Of a stretch of DNA of 64,000 nucleotides, positions 1 to 14,062 are shown in pieces. Each line of letters begins with the position of its first letter. Within the stretch, counting starts at the first letter, position 1. Origin of the DNA: Eledone cirrhosa (taxonomy: Eukaryota); assembly GCA_964016885.1 (NCBI GenBank), contig OZ024741.1, positions 298,716,001 through 298,780,000 of the forward strand, given 5' to 3'. The notes below the pieces were generated by a model, which did no database searches, was not told where the DNA came from, and was given only the letters and a program-made list of their open reading frames with translations. The position numbers were made by a program, and so were the translations under genes.

Positions 1-37
1 TGCTTTGACATTTTCATATATCCTACTGTTCCACGCG

Positions 38-355
38 GAAAACACGTAGCTTAGTGGTTAGGGTGCTCGTGTCACGTTCGTAAGAGAGTGAGTTCGATTC
101 CCGGCGGGGCGTTGTGTCTTTAAGCATAATACTTTATTTCACATTGCTCCAGTTCACTCAGCTGTCAAAAATGAGTTGTACCTGTATTTCAAAGAATCAG
201 CCTTGTCATACACCGGGATATGCAAAATCTCACTGAAAACTACTTAAAAGTTAAACGCGCCTCCGAAATACTCAGCCACTTGCACTTTAATTTCATAAGC
301 AGGCTATCCCATTGATCAAACAACTGTAACACTAGTCGTCGATACCGACGAAGAT
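38..355 (+). mobile_element. tRNA-derived SINE, family B
   Basis: A-box-like TAGCTTAGTGGTTAG and B-box GAGTTCGATTCC, then the body gttgtgtc(c)ttgagcaagacacttt...ctccagttcactcagctg. The body recurs near 7575-7860 (-), 10240-10470, 44120-44720, 48540-48670 and 51420-51680. Confidence 0.8.
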
Positions 356-414
356 CCAATGCAACTGTTGCATGTACATACATACGCCCCTCTCACGAAT
401 GCAGGTACAAACAC

Positions 415-603
415 CAGACCTATCAACCCTCGACGGGGAGATCTCCCACCCACTTTGGGGTGGATGAGAGATGTCTTTCTCTTATGAAAATGGGAATAGC
501 TTTCATTATGTAAAATCTCCACATTTTGCCTCATTCCTCCCCGTTTTGGGGTCCTTTTTTTCACCGCACTCCTCGTTTGGGTTTTTAGAGGTTGGCAGGT
601 CTG
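415..603. mobile_element. MITE / non-autonomous DNA transposon
   Basis: Imperfect TIRs CAGACCTATCAACC / GGTTGGCAGGTCTG with flanking direct repeat CAAACAC (408-414, 604-610). A second copy lies at 27977-28351. Confidence 0.75.
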
Positions 604-1302
604 CAAACACAAATATACATACGTACTTAAACACATACATACTAATACATACATATTAAAAGTATAGCACAAGGCATAACCACACATATCTCGAAGCAGT
701 TCTCAATATGTGCAATGGTAAAGTGCATATCTGTCAACGACACCACCAGGGTGCCTATGAATAATGTTGGTGTGGTTAAAAGGCTTCAAAGTAATGGCGC
801 CACCAAGTCATCAATATCCCGTTATTGGCGTATTCATCTTGTATCACTGATTTATCTCCACCGTCATGTTCTTATTTACTTAGTTCCAGACATGTGAAGA
901 ATTAGATGTGTTTACGTCTTGAAACCACTGGTAATGCAGAGTTAAGTAAATCTGTTAATACGAATGCATGTATGTATACACTTATATGTGCGTGCGTGTG
1001 TATGTGTTTGAGTGCGTGTATCTCTATGAGCTACTCTGTTGCTCACATCACACCACTTTTAATTTGTGTAACATGGTGTAAATGTCTTTTTATAAATATT
1101 TCAATTAATTCCGGGTGCAAGAGAGTCAATTTATCGATTTATCTCTCTATCTGTCTGTCTGTCTATCTGTATGTTTGCACGCCCTTCTTTCTTTGTATTT
1201 CAGTACATCACCAGCGGGTGGTTCTAGTAAAATTAAAAGTATACCGTCAGACCTCAGGTTTACGTATCCATAAACACACATGGAACCGTACGGACACATC
1301 TT

Positions 1303-1319
1303 TGTGCGTGCGCGCGCGT

Positions 1320-1357
<38 letters not shown>

Positions 1358-1366
1358 ATGCGTATG

Positions 1367-1454
<88 letters not shown>
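1303..1454. repeat. (GT)n microsatellite
   Basis: Direct reading. It is one of dozens of (GT/CA)n, (TA)n, (GA)n and (ATGT)n arrays in the window. Confidence 0.97.
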
Positions 1455-1457
<3 letters not shown>

Positions 1458-2115
1458 AACACTCCAGGATGTTAATTCAATGCAAAAAGCAAACCCGAAG
1501 CAATTCAGAATAAATTTGCTTTGTGTATTCCCGGAATGAATTTATTCTGATTGAAACCTTCAGGGAAATAATTTAACCGAAACTCGCAAATTTAACCAGA
1601 GCTTGTTCATAAAAAAAAATTCCGTTTTTAGTTACACATTAAAGGCAAACAAAAGAACAACAACAAAAATCACATATACATTCTTCACGACCCGAGCAGG
1701 TTAAAAATAAGTGCTCGAAAAGTTATCTAATACAGAAATAGTATTTCTGTTATTTGTTTACTGTATAAAAGTTTACAATTTACAATTGATAATGTTAGTG
1801 GGTTTTTATTTATATCGGTTATCCTTTATTAACTTGGTTCATCGATCATGCGACAAGTGGTGATAACATTTTTGAATCGTCTGAATTGTAATCATTCGAA
1901 AGGATGAAGAAACATTAGTGAAACGGTTTGTGAGATAGTTTATTGATGAGAGAATAGCGACGTAGCAAAACGTTGAATTTGAATCTAAAATTGGAAGAAA
2001 TTTCCATTGAGGTTCATTGAATGAGTGGTTAATGGTTGTGTTTATGGAAAAAAAAAATCTATTTTTTTTCTTTAGTACAATCATTTTTTCTTCTGTTTGT
2101 AATGTATTAAATAAT

Positions 2116-2288
2116 TGTTTCTACGTTAGGCACAAGGCCAGCAATTACCCAGTGTATTACTGGTACTTTATTTTATCGACCCCGTAAGGATGAAAGGCAA
2201 AGTTAACCTCGGCGGGATTTGAACTCAGAATGGCAAGGGCCAAATCATGGCATCCGACACTCTACCAATACTGCCAATCCACCGCCTA
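2116..2288 (-). mobile_element. tRNA-derived SINE, family A, full length with TSD
   Basis: Reverse complement of ggcggtggattggcag...gagttcaaatcccgccgagg..ctttgcctttcatcc...cgataaaataaagtaccag. 18-bp TSD TGTAATGTATTAAATAAT at 2098-2115 and 2289-2306. About 12 related copies occur in the window. Confidence 0.88.
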
Positions 2289-3772
2289 TGTAATGTATTA
2301 AATAATCTTCTTTAAAAATGAGTCAACTTTCAACAAAGAAAACGGATAACTCAGCGGTGTTCCAGCTTTGACCAACTCATTTGTTTTCAGAGATAGCGTA
2401 TCTAAAATATAAAATAAGCAAAAAGAAAACTTAAATTAAGGAATTAAATAGATTTGAATAAATCACTTAAGGGGAGATGTGCTAAATGCGGTACGTTAAC
2501 GATTCTCAATTAATTGAAATTTACCTCTTGGAAAAAACACAAAATTCTGAGTATAATTGTCAGAAAAGAGAAAATACATTAACTCTTAACATCCTGTAAT
2601 AATATCTAAAAACAGGTTTATTAATTCAAATGCTGTAGTATCTATCCCAGTGAAAAGATTATTAGAGAAAAAACTTTAATATTTAATATAGTGTAGGTAT
2701 ATCACTATTTTTTACTTTACAAGATTGTAATGTGGTTACAGGCGGTGCAGGAGTCTAAGTCTAAGATAGGTTTCAAGCCAGGAGGCTCGTTAGGCCGGTA
2801 CTTATCCCGATTTCGTGGCGTGAAGCCACTGAGAGTACAAGATTCGTCCCTGGATAGGACGCCATTCCATCACAGGGTTAATCCCACAGATATTGCTGGT
2901 ACTCATTTTCAGCTGGAGCAACGTAAAATGAAGTGTTTTGTTCAAGAACACAACACACAACGCAGACCAGGAATTGAATCTACGACATTATGATCGTAAG
3001 TCCAATACCACTAGGCCACGTGCCTCTGTGGTACAGGAGGCTAAGAATGAAAATATACTCTCTTCGTGTTAATTTACCTACATATTGGAAGGGATTTTTT
3101 ATATTTGTTTGCAGGCAAGGACAACTATGTTTCGGTCCGATATGACTCATTAGACACACACTCAAACACACGCATAGACGCACATGATTAAATCATAAAC
3201 ATGAATACAAACTAATAGTTACAATGAGGAATGGTATCTTCGATTCCCTCAATAAAATAATAAACACTGCATGCAAGAAACAATTGTAGACATGTAGAAG
3301 CCATTTCTATATTAAATAATGTATTGAGTACCTTTTTAACTGTGGCTAACCCCGATTTCGCACGGGATCTGCATATTTATACATATGTATTTCTGTGTTT
3401 ATGTTTGTCTCTACTAGTGGGAATCTGTACATCCAATACGCGTCCTTTTAGGTCAAAAGATATCTTGGCATTTCGCGAAATAGAGATTGCTAAAATAAGA
3501 CCAGTTCTGGTGTCGATATGATAAGAAAAATCCTGACGGTGTTGCTCCAGTAAACGAATTAGAACCAAAAATTAGTAAGGAGTAGGCTTGTTGGTAATTG
3601 CTTTACTATAAATTAAAATGTCTTATATTAGTTAAATATATCAATTGCTCATCGTATTCAATAAGTTACATGGCATTGTTCTTGTGACTCTAAAAATACT
3701 GGCTGACCCCATGAAATTTCCGCAGCTTAATTAGAAACAACCATCAAGTATTAAAGATCAATATGTCATTTT

Positions 3773-3823
<51 letters not shown>

Positions 3824-4492
3824 TAGACCCGTAACTCCCGAGAGAGTCGTAGGGGCACCGTATTGATATACTGCGTTTCTAGGCATGAAAAAAAAGACTG
3901 GTGGAGCACATCTTACGAAGTCTGAATATAGTAGATTTCTTCCAGAATGAAAGAATAAAAGTGAGAAATAGATATAGAAGAAGAATCAACCACAGTATTA
4001 GGCTGGTACTTTTTTATCGACTTTGAAAGGATGAAAGGCACAGTTGCCCTCGATGGGATTTGAATTCAGAGAGCAGCGAGCCGGAACGAATACCGCAAAG
4101 CATTCTATCTGACGTTCTAACGACTTAGCCAATTCGCCGCCTTATATTTATAAATAAGCGCAGGTTAAAAAAACAAAAAAATCGACACAACCACTACCAC
4201 CGCCATCGTCACCACCGCTTGTCTCTATATACAAATAGCATATACAGTACTTAATGACTTCTAAATCGCATACATTTAATAAATGATTGAAACTACGAAA
4301 ATAGAATTTTTTACTCATAATTTGAGGATAATATTTTTCAACCAGCGTAGGTTTAAAAGAGAACATTCGGCACAACTACTACCACCACCATCTCCGCCAC
4401 CAGTTTCTCTTTTACTCTCTCCCCCACAGACACATTCTTACTATCCCCTTTCTACAGCTTGATCGAAGTTTTAATAATAATTCCCCTTAGAG

Positions 4493-5470
4493 CAGGGGTT
4501 CTCAACCTTTTTTTCGCTGTGGACCACCAAAATAAGTAATTTTTTCCTGTGGACCACCTAAACTTTTAAATCTTTTGTAATAGAACTGCTACTTATAAGC
4601 ATCAGTAGATGTTTTTCTTTCAATGAATTAGAAAATGCTATTATCATGTCGCAGAGCCTAAAAATCTACGCAAATAAACAGCTGAAGTCGTACTTATGCG
4701 AAGAATAAGAACAGCGCTTTAAGTCAAATGCATGGATCAAAAAAGAATTTACTATTGCACCAAGCAACGCATAACTTATTCGTTATTAATTTGAATTTTT
4801 TCGATTTCATATCTCAGCGACAAATATGAAGCATTGATGATGAGAATAAGTTTCTACTTCTAATTGGTAAGATCAATTTGATTGGTCAATACCATTTTCA
4901 CTTTGCAATGAAAGTTCCCTTTTTGTTCACCTAAGGGACATGTTTTAAGCACCAAGACGACAGAGAACAAACAAATGAGAAAACCAATTTGAAAATGTCT
5001 ATTTTTTCAATAAAGCTTTATTTGATAGAATCGGGTAGAAAAAGGTTACTGAGTCCTGGAAAATACTCCCTATGATTCAGATGAAATTGAAAGCTGTACA
5101 GTTTAAATATGATAATATGTAGGGTAAGTTAAACAAATGCGAAGATTTAAGTTGGGATCAGTACAAAAGGTCGTGTAAACGTTTGAGGGAATACAACAAA
5201 TTGAATTGAATTAAAAATGTCAACGACAACACAATTACGCCAAGTCATCAGACAACATGTCAAAAAACTGTCCATGAGACCCTTGTGCTTGTTTCTGATC
5301 CACAAGTTTAGAAATCCTCGGCTCTATGTGGTTCAAGCGAAGTCTCAAATCGGTATTGTTGTCGAGGATCAAACGCCTCCGCTGCTTTGTGTATGTGTGG
5401 AGGACAATGGAAAATCCCTTTTCAGCCAAGTAAGATGTAGGGAGATTTATTATGAAAGGTTCGATTGTTC
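4493..5470 (-). mobile_element. hAT (Charlie/Buster-like) transposon remnant
   Basis: Terminus CAGGGGTTCTCAACC at 4493. Minus-strand peptide AEKGFS...KQRRRL...DLRLRLNHIEPRISKLVDQKQAQGSH (about 5270-5430) resembles the Charlie/Buster transposase C-terminus. Confidence 0.7.
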
Positions 5471-6086
5471 AAACAGCTTTGGATATTCTTGACAATGATT
5501 GCGTGAGAACTCTATGGCCTAGAGTTCTCACGCAACGCTTTCTCTCCCTCTCAGTGTGTCTCTCTCGGTGTGAGTATCTCTGTCTCAGTCTCACTCTTTT
5601 TCTGTGTATCTCTCACATAGACTATTTCCACAAAGACGTAAGATTAAATGAAAAAAAGTCGACGTTTGCTTTCTCTTTCTCTCTATCTCTCTCTTACACA
5701 CTCTCACACGCTCACACACTCATATCATTCCATTTTCACAACGTGGCAGACAATTTACACCAAAGATACAACCATTTTATATAACAGACAGTAGATTGAT
5801 TTGTTAATTTGAGACAACGCCTCAAACATAGCTCTCACCATAAACAGGGATCTAGTTTCCACAAGTGCTATAATTTTAAAGAATATTACAAATTATCACT
5901 AAAAATAGTATTTTAAATGCGTTTTTCTCTAATTATGTTAAATGCGATTCGTACATTTCTGGAATATAAATAGAATTTGCGACTTGTACACTATAATTAA
6001 TTATGTTCTGCAATTTGTATGCAGCTAGAAGTTACATATATGTTTTAAAGATTCTTAGAAATGTTTTTATGGTAATGAAGAATCCT

Positions 6087-7090
6087 TGTTGGATAGTTTA
6101 TCAATATAGACGTGAGGGAAAGTCCCTCGTCTAATTACCATTTTCGTAAGCGAGAGGATAGGTACTCCATAGAATTATAACAAGTGAGTAGGTGTGTGTG
6201 TAGACAAGATAATAACCACAACGAGAGTTCTATTCAACAATGTAAATAAGGATGATGTTTATTTTGTCTATTATGTGATTGTTATATTACAAATGAAACA
6301 ACATACCAATATAGACGTGATCAGCTGAAATGAAGGCAACGTATTACAATTGTCGTGGGTCACCAATGTAATGCCCACGTCTGGGTCACCAATGTGACGA
6401 GACCAGTAAAGTGAAATATGTTATGAGCCAGTGCTCGGCCAACACTATCCTTGTGGCTTCGGCATAGGAGTTCAGTGTATTGACATCTGTGTGATCTCGT
6501 GGTCCAAAGGCTGTTTGCTGTTTCGTGGTACAAAGGCTGTCTGCTGTTTCGTGGTACAAAGGCCGTCTGCTGTTTGCTGTCTCCGTGGCTTGTCTGAGAA
6601 AGTAATACTGCTGCTTACTTAAATAGTGTTCTCAACCAGGGGGAGACAACTAGGCCTGGTCCATTATCCGACAGGGGGGCGTAAGGCGTCTTACTACAGA
6701 ATCCCCTGCCAGATTTTCAAATCATCGAAAATCGATGTTATTACTCACACGTGGAGTAAGATGGCGAACAATGCAACAAGGGGGAGCTATTCGCTCTACC
6801 AATCGTTAAATCCAGAATAAGGATTTGAAAAATGTTAAAAAACATGCATTCCTTAAAAAAAGGCAAAAAAAAGGTGCAGCTAACACAGTCTAAATATAGA
6901 CGGTGCTGCAAAGTTTTTTGGGCCAGTGGACCCTACGACCTGAACGGGTCTTGGTCTTGTAACGTGGCGATGGTGGTGGTGTAGGGACAGGCGATGATGG
7001 TGGTTCAGGAACAGGCGTTCGCTCAACAGGCAAATACGAAGGGGTTCGTGGATCAGGAACCACAGCGTCCGTGTCCAGATGTGCAGATAA
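6087..7090 (-). mobile_element. Gypsy-like LTR retrotransposon remnant
   Basis: Minus strand 6900-7080 reads as Pro-rich ...PPPSPRYKTKTRSGRRVHWPKKL, a typical Gypsy pol C-terminus. Downstream LTR-like sequence has AATAAA and ends in CA at about 6087. Boundaries are uncertain. Confidence 0.45.
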
Positions 7091-7263
7091 TAGAAATAAG
7101 AAAACAGGTGACCGAAAGAATAACGAAAGAATAAATGTTATAGAATGTATTGTACGGCCCCAGTGGCGGATACAGAAATCATGAGAGAAATATATATATA
7201 TATTTACGTAAATAATATACGAAGCCGAATTATTCGCGGATTTTGTTTTTTTAAACGCTGAGA

Positions 7264-7325
<62 letters not shown>

Positions 7326-8322
7326 TATTTCATACGCGGAACAAAAGCTGTACCTAAGATTTCAAGGCCCAATATTGACAATATCTCCAGAATTTTAGGA
7401 GCTGACTCTTCCATTGAAAAAAAACGTGAACCACTTGTATCGTATGTCTGTAGCACTTATCAGAACCGGTGTGGTTGCAATAAATTATCCTCTTACAGAA
7501 AGGGACTTGCACCAATGATATGCTTAACGCTATAAATCCAATGGAAGGGATCCAGTAAGTATAATTGTCATTGTTGATGGATCTTCGTCTGTTCTGACGA
7601 TGAGTGCTCCAGTTGATTGACAAGCCGAACAGAATATGAATAACATTAAGGTGGAATTGTTTGAGTTTTTCACAGGGAAATAAAGCGTGACATTGTTGAC
7701 CATTTGAAATACAAGTACAACTAATTTTTCTCTTATGTATGAACTGGAGCATTGTGAAATAACGTATCTTGTTTAAGGGCACAACGTGCTACGGGGAATC
7801 GAACTCACAAACGTACAATCATTAGTTAAATATTCTAACCACTGACCCGCGCACTTTCACCTACAGCGACACACCGACCAACACACACATACATCCCCCC
7901 CCCCCCACATATATATATAAGGAAAAAAGATGAAATTGAAAATGGAACTGGAGTCTTTTTAAAAAAAAATATATATTTATTTGGTTCCTTTACCGGTTGC
8001 GCAGTTCTTCTGCTTTTCAAAAGTAGAGTTGAGATGGAGGGTTTGTGGTTTTTCTCACATCTCATATATATATATATATGTAAAAGTGGTTTTTCTCACA
8101 TTCTCATATATATATATATATGTAAAAGGTAAACAGAAATAACAACAGATATATTAGGTTAACGCTCGATATAGCAGGAAGAGGGTCTTAACGTTTCGGA
8201 CGCTAGTCTTTCATAAGAAGAAAGAATGAGAAATAAGATAGATTGAGGGGACGGGTGGGTTGGAATTGGAAAACATGTCTTTAGATAAAAATAACAGGTC
8301 CATTCATGTTGACATCTCTTGC

Positions 8323-8408
<86 letters not shown>

Positions 8409-8649
8409 ATACTTTGGGAGGGTCATGCTGCAATAAAAACACACTCTCCTGTTGGTTTTCACTTTAATTTATTAAAATTTTCCAGTTGGTTGGTTTAATA
8501 ACTGGATGGTTGTTTATTTGTTGTTAAAGCTCTTTCGTCACGCACTCTATGACTTACCCGGTGACTAATTTGTTATTTTGTCTTTCTCCTTTGAATTGTT
8601 CTACATCATATTGAAAATGTGATCATTTTGAGGTCTAAAGAATAGAACA

Positions 8650-9050
8650 TTCGTTGTTTAAAAGAGCACCCAGGAAAGGTGATGTAGACTCAATCCCGGA
8701 AGATATCCGATCGGAGCATGTCTGTAACATCTGCGTAAGTATTATACTTTCTTGTGCCGATCTTGCTAGTCATTTAAGAGCTAACAGCAATCAGCTGTCT
8801 GGGGCCCATTATGTTGGTATCCTACCTGAAAGGCATGCGGGGTATCGGGGTATTTTTGCGGGTCAGTTTTGCAACAAAGCCTGTAGCTCTGCTGCTGGAT
8901 TCAAGCGGCACGTGAGAGTGCACAATGAGGATGTTATGTTCAAGAGATTCTTGTGTGTGTCACATCGTAAAACAATATGCAGGAGCTAGGCAGGTTTACA
9001 GAGCCATTTGCTGGCTCATGACCGTTCAGCAAAACGTTTAAAGAAGTGAC
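8650..9050 (+). mobile_element. RTE-like LINE 3' remnant
   Basis: Degenerate repeated C2H2-like motifs (CNIC...LASHLRAN; FCNKACSSAAGFKRHVRVH; GLQSHLLAH) similar to the 3' end of the units at 45.5-48 kb. Confidence 0.5.
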
Positions 9051-9096
9051 ACTTCTCTTTCTCTCTCTGTCTCTCTCTGTCTCTCTGTCTCTCTAT

Positions 9097-9140
<44 letters not shown>

Positions 9141-9887
9141 TACACACACATATAAGTATATAACACATACGTCATAAATTATTATTAAAAAAACCGTCAT
9201 AAAATGTAACATTGTATTTTAGTGACTGATGATTAAAAAATAAAATCGTGGGTGTTTGGCAGACGGCCCCAACATACAGGCAATCCTAAATATGCTGGAT
9301 CTAATCGAACGGAAGGTAATAGAAAACTAACAAAAAGATGAGGAAAAAGATGAAGAAAAAACATCACAATAAAAACAACAATAATAAAAAAATAAATCAT
9401 AAAGAAAATTAAAAACTAATAATAATATTAATAATAATAATAATTTTTTATTATTTTACTTATTGCCCACAAGGGCGCCGAATAATGATAACATTAGAAA
9501 TACAGGTTACATAAAGCGTGTAGGGGGTTAACATAAAAATCGGATGCGAGAGAAAGAAAAAGATGTATGAATAATAATGATATGAACAAATAAATATCTA
9601 GAGAAATCAGGAGGAAATGTCGTAATTAATTATCCAAGATAAAATATTGGATTTCCTGAAGTGTGTATGTGGAAGGAAACCTCTCCCTCTTTTATAGAGA
9701 TCAAACGTGGGCAGCACGTTTGATTCACTTCGATAAATATGATTGGTGTTCTCCATCTTATAACGCCATCTTTCTTTTTCTCTCGTTTCTCATTCTGCAT
9801 TAAAATGTTTTCTTTCTCTCCAGCCTGCGCTTTCATTTGTTCTGTTTTTCCTTCATTAGTTCGTTTTCTCTTTTTTCCTTCTATTTT

Positions 9888-9931
<44 letters not shown>

Positions 9932-9934
9932 TTT

Positions 9935-9988
<54 letters not shown>

Positions 9989-10844
9989 CAAATTTTCTTT
10001 CATTGTTTCTTTCGTTGTTTGTTTCTTATTTATTTTTTGTACTTTTATTCATTTTTTCTTTCTTTCTATCTTTCCATTTTATCACTTTTTTCTTCCTTCC
10101 AAATGTCTTTCTTTATATTTCTTTCATTTTGTTTGCTATTCTATCTACTTTCATTCAGGAAGTAATGATTATCACCATGAACTCTTTTACAATATAAATC
10201 TTTCAATTTTAATATTACCAACGTCTCACATCAACACACTTGTCCTCGAGCAAGTAACTTTATTTCCCATTTCTCCAATTCACTCAGCTTTTGTACCTGT
10301 AATTCCAAGGGGAAAACCTCATCGCGCAGTGTGTCACGCTAAATCTCCTTGAGATGTACATCATGGGTTCACGTGTCTGTTGGAATATTCAGTCATATGC
10401 ACTTTAATTTCCCGAGTAGGTAGTTCCGTTGTTTGAACAACCGGAACATAACATATCGGAACCGTCGGAAACCCAATAGATTAGACATCCCACCCCCTAC
10501 TTTTTTTTCTCTTTTTCCTACAAGCTTTCAGCATAACTGATCAGAATAGTGTAGATCAGGGATCACCAAACTTCTTAGACTATCGACCCTTTTATGGAAT
10601 CCTTAACTGCTCATCGATCCCAGGCATATACAAAATAAATCATTAAATCAGTAAACAGAATGCTTTCAGGTCTCGATAATCACCCCCCACTCCCATTTAT
10701 TTATTTTTCAGATTTTTTCCACCACCCTCTGCTCTTATTCTATCCCCGCTTATTAAATTTTGCTAATCTATCTCCGGCGAAATTTTGTTTTAATTGGTAG
10801 CATTCATGCGACAATTAGTTTTCTATAGACATTAAAAAAACATT

Positions 10845-11290
10845 TAAGGAAGGGCAGGTTTTACCTGCCTGCTGGTCATTGCAAAAGAGGTTGTGTGGTA
10901 GACACGTTTGAAAAGCTTGGAAACAAGCCTTAATTAACTTTTTCAGGTTTCACTTGAAAAGGAAAATTCGGGTGGAGAGGGAAGTGTAACTTTCTAACAA
11001 GTTTGATGAAAGATGGATGAGAGTGGCAATCATGACCCTATTGAATGGGCCTGCTTTGCGTATACACCTGTAGACTTGATGAGGACAACTGGGAAGGGGC
11101 ACTTGCTCCAGCGGTCAGGGCGACTATGGTTTTATGTGGGCTTTTTCTACAAGTGACCCTCATATATCTCATCACCACTGAGGTTTTTGTTTTGATTGAT
11201 ATTTTAAATGTTTATTTCTTTAGTTTTGTTACAACATTTTTACACAGAAAAACCCACATTGTATCTTCTGTCATCTTTATTGTTTTCTTA
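10845..11290 (+). mobile_element. Tx1/L1 LINE 3' remnant
   Basis: Degenerate translation VIAKEVVW...FHLKRKIRVEREV...DERWMRVA...NGPALRIHL* aligns by eye to the C-terminus of the Tx1 element at 23580-23797. Confidence 0.7.
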
Positions 11291-11894
11291 ATGGGACCCA
11301 TGTGTGCTTAATACGGCAGGTCGATGAAATAAAGTACCTGTAACGCTTTAGGGGTCGATTTAATCGACTCACCCCCCAAAAATTGTTGGCATTGAGCCTC
11401 AATCAGAAACAAATATTATATAGTGAGAGGGTTTGGCTGAGTCGTTAGGGCATCGAATTAAACATGCCTTCCGTTTGTTCTGGCTCACTGGGCAATGAGT
11501 TCAAATTCCGCTGAGGTCAGCTTTGCTTTTTATCTCCCCAGTGTTGATAAAATAAGTACTAGTCACACTCTGGGTGCGATGTAATCGACTTCACCTCCTC
11601 CTGAATTGTTGGCATTTTGCATAAGCTGGAAAGGGTTACTATATTTGTTATATAGTGTGGTGGACTGGCAGAGACGTTAGAACATTTGAGGTATATAGTT
11701 ACCGCTCTTTACGTTCTGAGTCCAAATCCCGCCGAGGCTTGTTTTGCCTTTCATCCTGCGCGGGCCGATACAATATAGTACCAGTAACACACTGAAGTCG
11801 ATTTAATCGACTTCTCCAAGCCAAAAAATTGTTGGCCTTGTGCCTAAATCAGAAATCATTATATATTGTCATTGTTGTTCTTTCTGTTAATTTT

Positions 11895-11995
<101 letters not shown>

Positions 11996-12956
11996 TTATC
12001 CTTTTGCTGGAATAGACAGATTAAACTTGATATCATCAGAGACAAGTGCGGAAATATATTGATGTGTTATTTGCATCGGCATGTAAAATAAATGGAGTTG
12101 TATTGGCTCTTGTAAAGGGGATGCTTCAATGCACAAAAAGTAAACAACAGCAACAACGAAAAACCAAACCAAGCAAACAAAATTTCACGAGCCTCGAAAT
12201 GATTGTTTCCACATCACCGGCAGCCATGACTGCTATCAAATGTCGGATGAGTTTCCGGGTTAAATAAACTGATGGCGGAGGATGTCAAAAGGGGAAAAAA
12301 GGAATGAGTAAAATGAAAGTATGTGCAGTGAATGGAAGGGAAGAGAAAAAAGAAGGAAGGTGAGAATTGGAAAGCAAAGTTGAAGAAGAAGACGACGAAG
12401 AAAATGGGGGAGGATGAAGAGTCGGTGAAAGGGGAGGAGGAGGAGGAGGAGGCGGAGAAGAAGAAGAAGAAGAAGAAGAAGAAGAAGAAGAAGAAGAAGA
12501 AGAAGAAGCAGAAGAAGAAGAATGATAAAGTGGAATTGATGATGGTGACATTAAAAGGCTAGCTTAATCTAAAATGGCAGCCGATGTATTCGTGTTTTGT
12601 TTGTAATTTAATCTGATCTTTGGTTGTGTTAATGCATACTATTAACAGTATAAATAACTGACTGAAAAAGTGTCTAAGAACGAATTCCTCATCACAATCT
12701 TTTTCTCGATGTCACATTTGTGAAATTACTAACGATCAACAAAATAATGAGACGTACACTTTTTGGAATGAAGAGTACTTTAAAGATGAAAAAGAAATTT
12801 ATCTGTTGAAGGAGCAGGAGGCGGCAATCTTGGTATTTGTAAGCCTACTCCACTATACTTGCAAGATCGTTACGGTAGATTTCGTAGTTCTATGTTTATG
12901 TCAATAAGCCCACGTGTGCGCGTGTTCGTGCGTTTGTGTCTATACACATACATATA

Positions 12957-13290
12957 TACCAGGTTGTGTCAAAAGTTTTCCGAATTTTCATTGAAGATTT
13001 CTGGCAACTTGAATCTCCATGCTATATTATTTATTTGATACTTGTTCAATCTTTATTTAATTGTTTATTCTTTATTTCATATTTAATATATAAACATTAA
13101 TTGTTTATTCTTTATTTTACGGTGTGAACATTGCAATTAGTTTACGATACTTGAGGATAAAAGGACTGAATACAAGTGCTGCAGCAAAAGAAATTAATGA
13201 TGTGGAAGGCCCATGACCTGTCAACAGAGGTGTGGCAGAAAACTGGTTCAGACGTTTCAAGGAAAGTGACACCATCCTCGAAGACATATA
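12957..13290 (+). mobile_element. mariner remnant (TIR and N-terminal HTH)
   Basis: TA followed by the TIR-like CCAGGTTGTGTCAAAAGTT. Peptide KGLNTSAAAKEINDVEG...VAENWFRRFKESDTILED matches the mariner HTH pattern. Confidence 0.75.
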
Positions 13291-13597
13291 AATGAAGGCG
13301 AATCGGGACAGACATCTCTATGCTCTATATGTTCATTCTGTCATTACCACAGCAGAGGTCCGACGAGCTTTTGATTCCAGAGATCGATATAGATCGAACC
13401 TTGAGCTGATCACTAGCGAAACGGGCGTCACTACTCAATAAACGTAATGAATACATAACAAATCGTCTTTTTACTATTATATGTACACTCTGTTTAGTTT
13501 TACACCTCGTTACAGACGGGAAACTACACATCGAGTGTTCACCTAGGTGAACCTACAGTAACTGCACGTTACACATCCTATAGATCTCTCTCTCTCC

Positions 13598-13656
<59 letters not shown>

Positions 13657-13658
<2 letters not shown>

Positions 13659-13795
13659 GGAAAAAGTATGACCCCGACGGCAGAGCTCAAGCCGTTTCGA
13701 CGGCTATTTCTGGACTATTACCCACTCTACTACCCTAAGTATTGCGTACTCTGGTGCGTTATGGTCCATCTGGGTTCCTTACCACAATTCCTTCG

Positions 13796-13798
<3 letters not shown>
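13657..13798 (+). mobile_element. PLE 3' end fragment with inverted 5' piece, inside (TA)n
   Basis: Homologous to 61628-61767. 13657-13720 is the reverse complement of the HHR 3' half, and 13719-13798 is the direct tail. Confidence 0.8.
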
Positions 13799-13857
<59 letters not shown>

Positions 13858-13858
13858 A

Positions 13859-13897
<39 letters not shown>

Positions 13898-13912
13898 GCA
13901 TATTCAGTAAAA

Positions 13913-14062
13913 ATGGTGGCTGCCAACTCGTTTTTGAGTACGGCCACTACATTATATCCATGTAGGAGAATCCCTACCGATGCGCTGAACGAGTGTGACT
14001 TTTTAGTCCAGCCAGCGACTTGAAAATTCTGGTACAAACACTACACTTGTGACAATTATTGT
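13913..14062 (-). mobile_element. 3' end of the RTE-derived bipartite element
   Basis: Reverse complement of the 3' part of the units at 45473-47951. Confidence 0.85.

Noticed and set aside
38-110. tRNA genes at SINE heads
   Set aside because: A and B boxes are present but there is no complete cloverleaf, and they continue into SINE bodies.
3095-3190. Possible terminal host exon (ttgtttgcag followed by KDNYVSVRYDSLDTHSNTRIDAHD*)
   Set aside because: There is a plausible splice acceptor but no recognisable homology or partner exons; RNA-seq would be needed.
7390-7560. Cys-rich short frame with a nearby GTAAGT donor
   Set aside because: The frame stops before the donor and has no identifiable homology; possibly a transposon relic.
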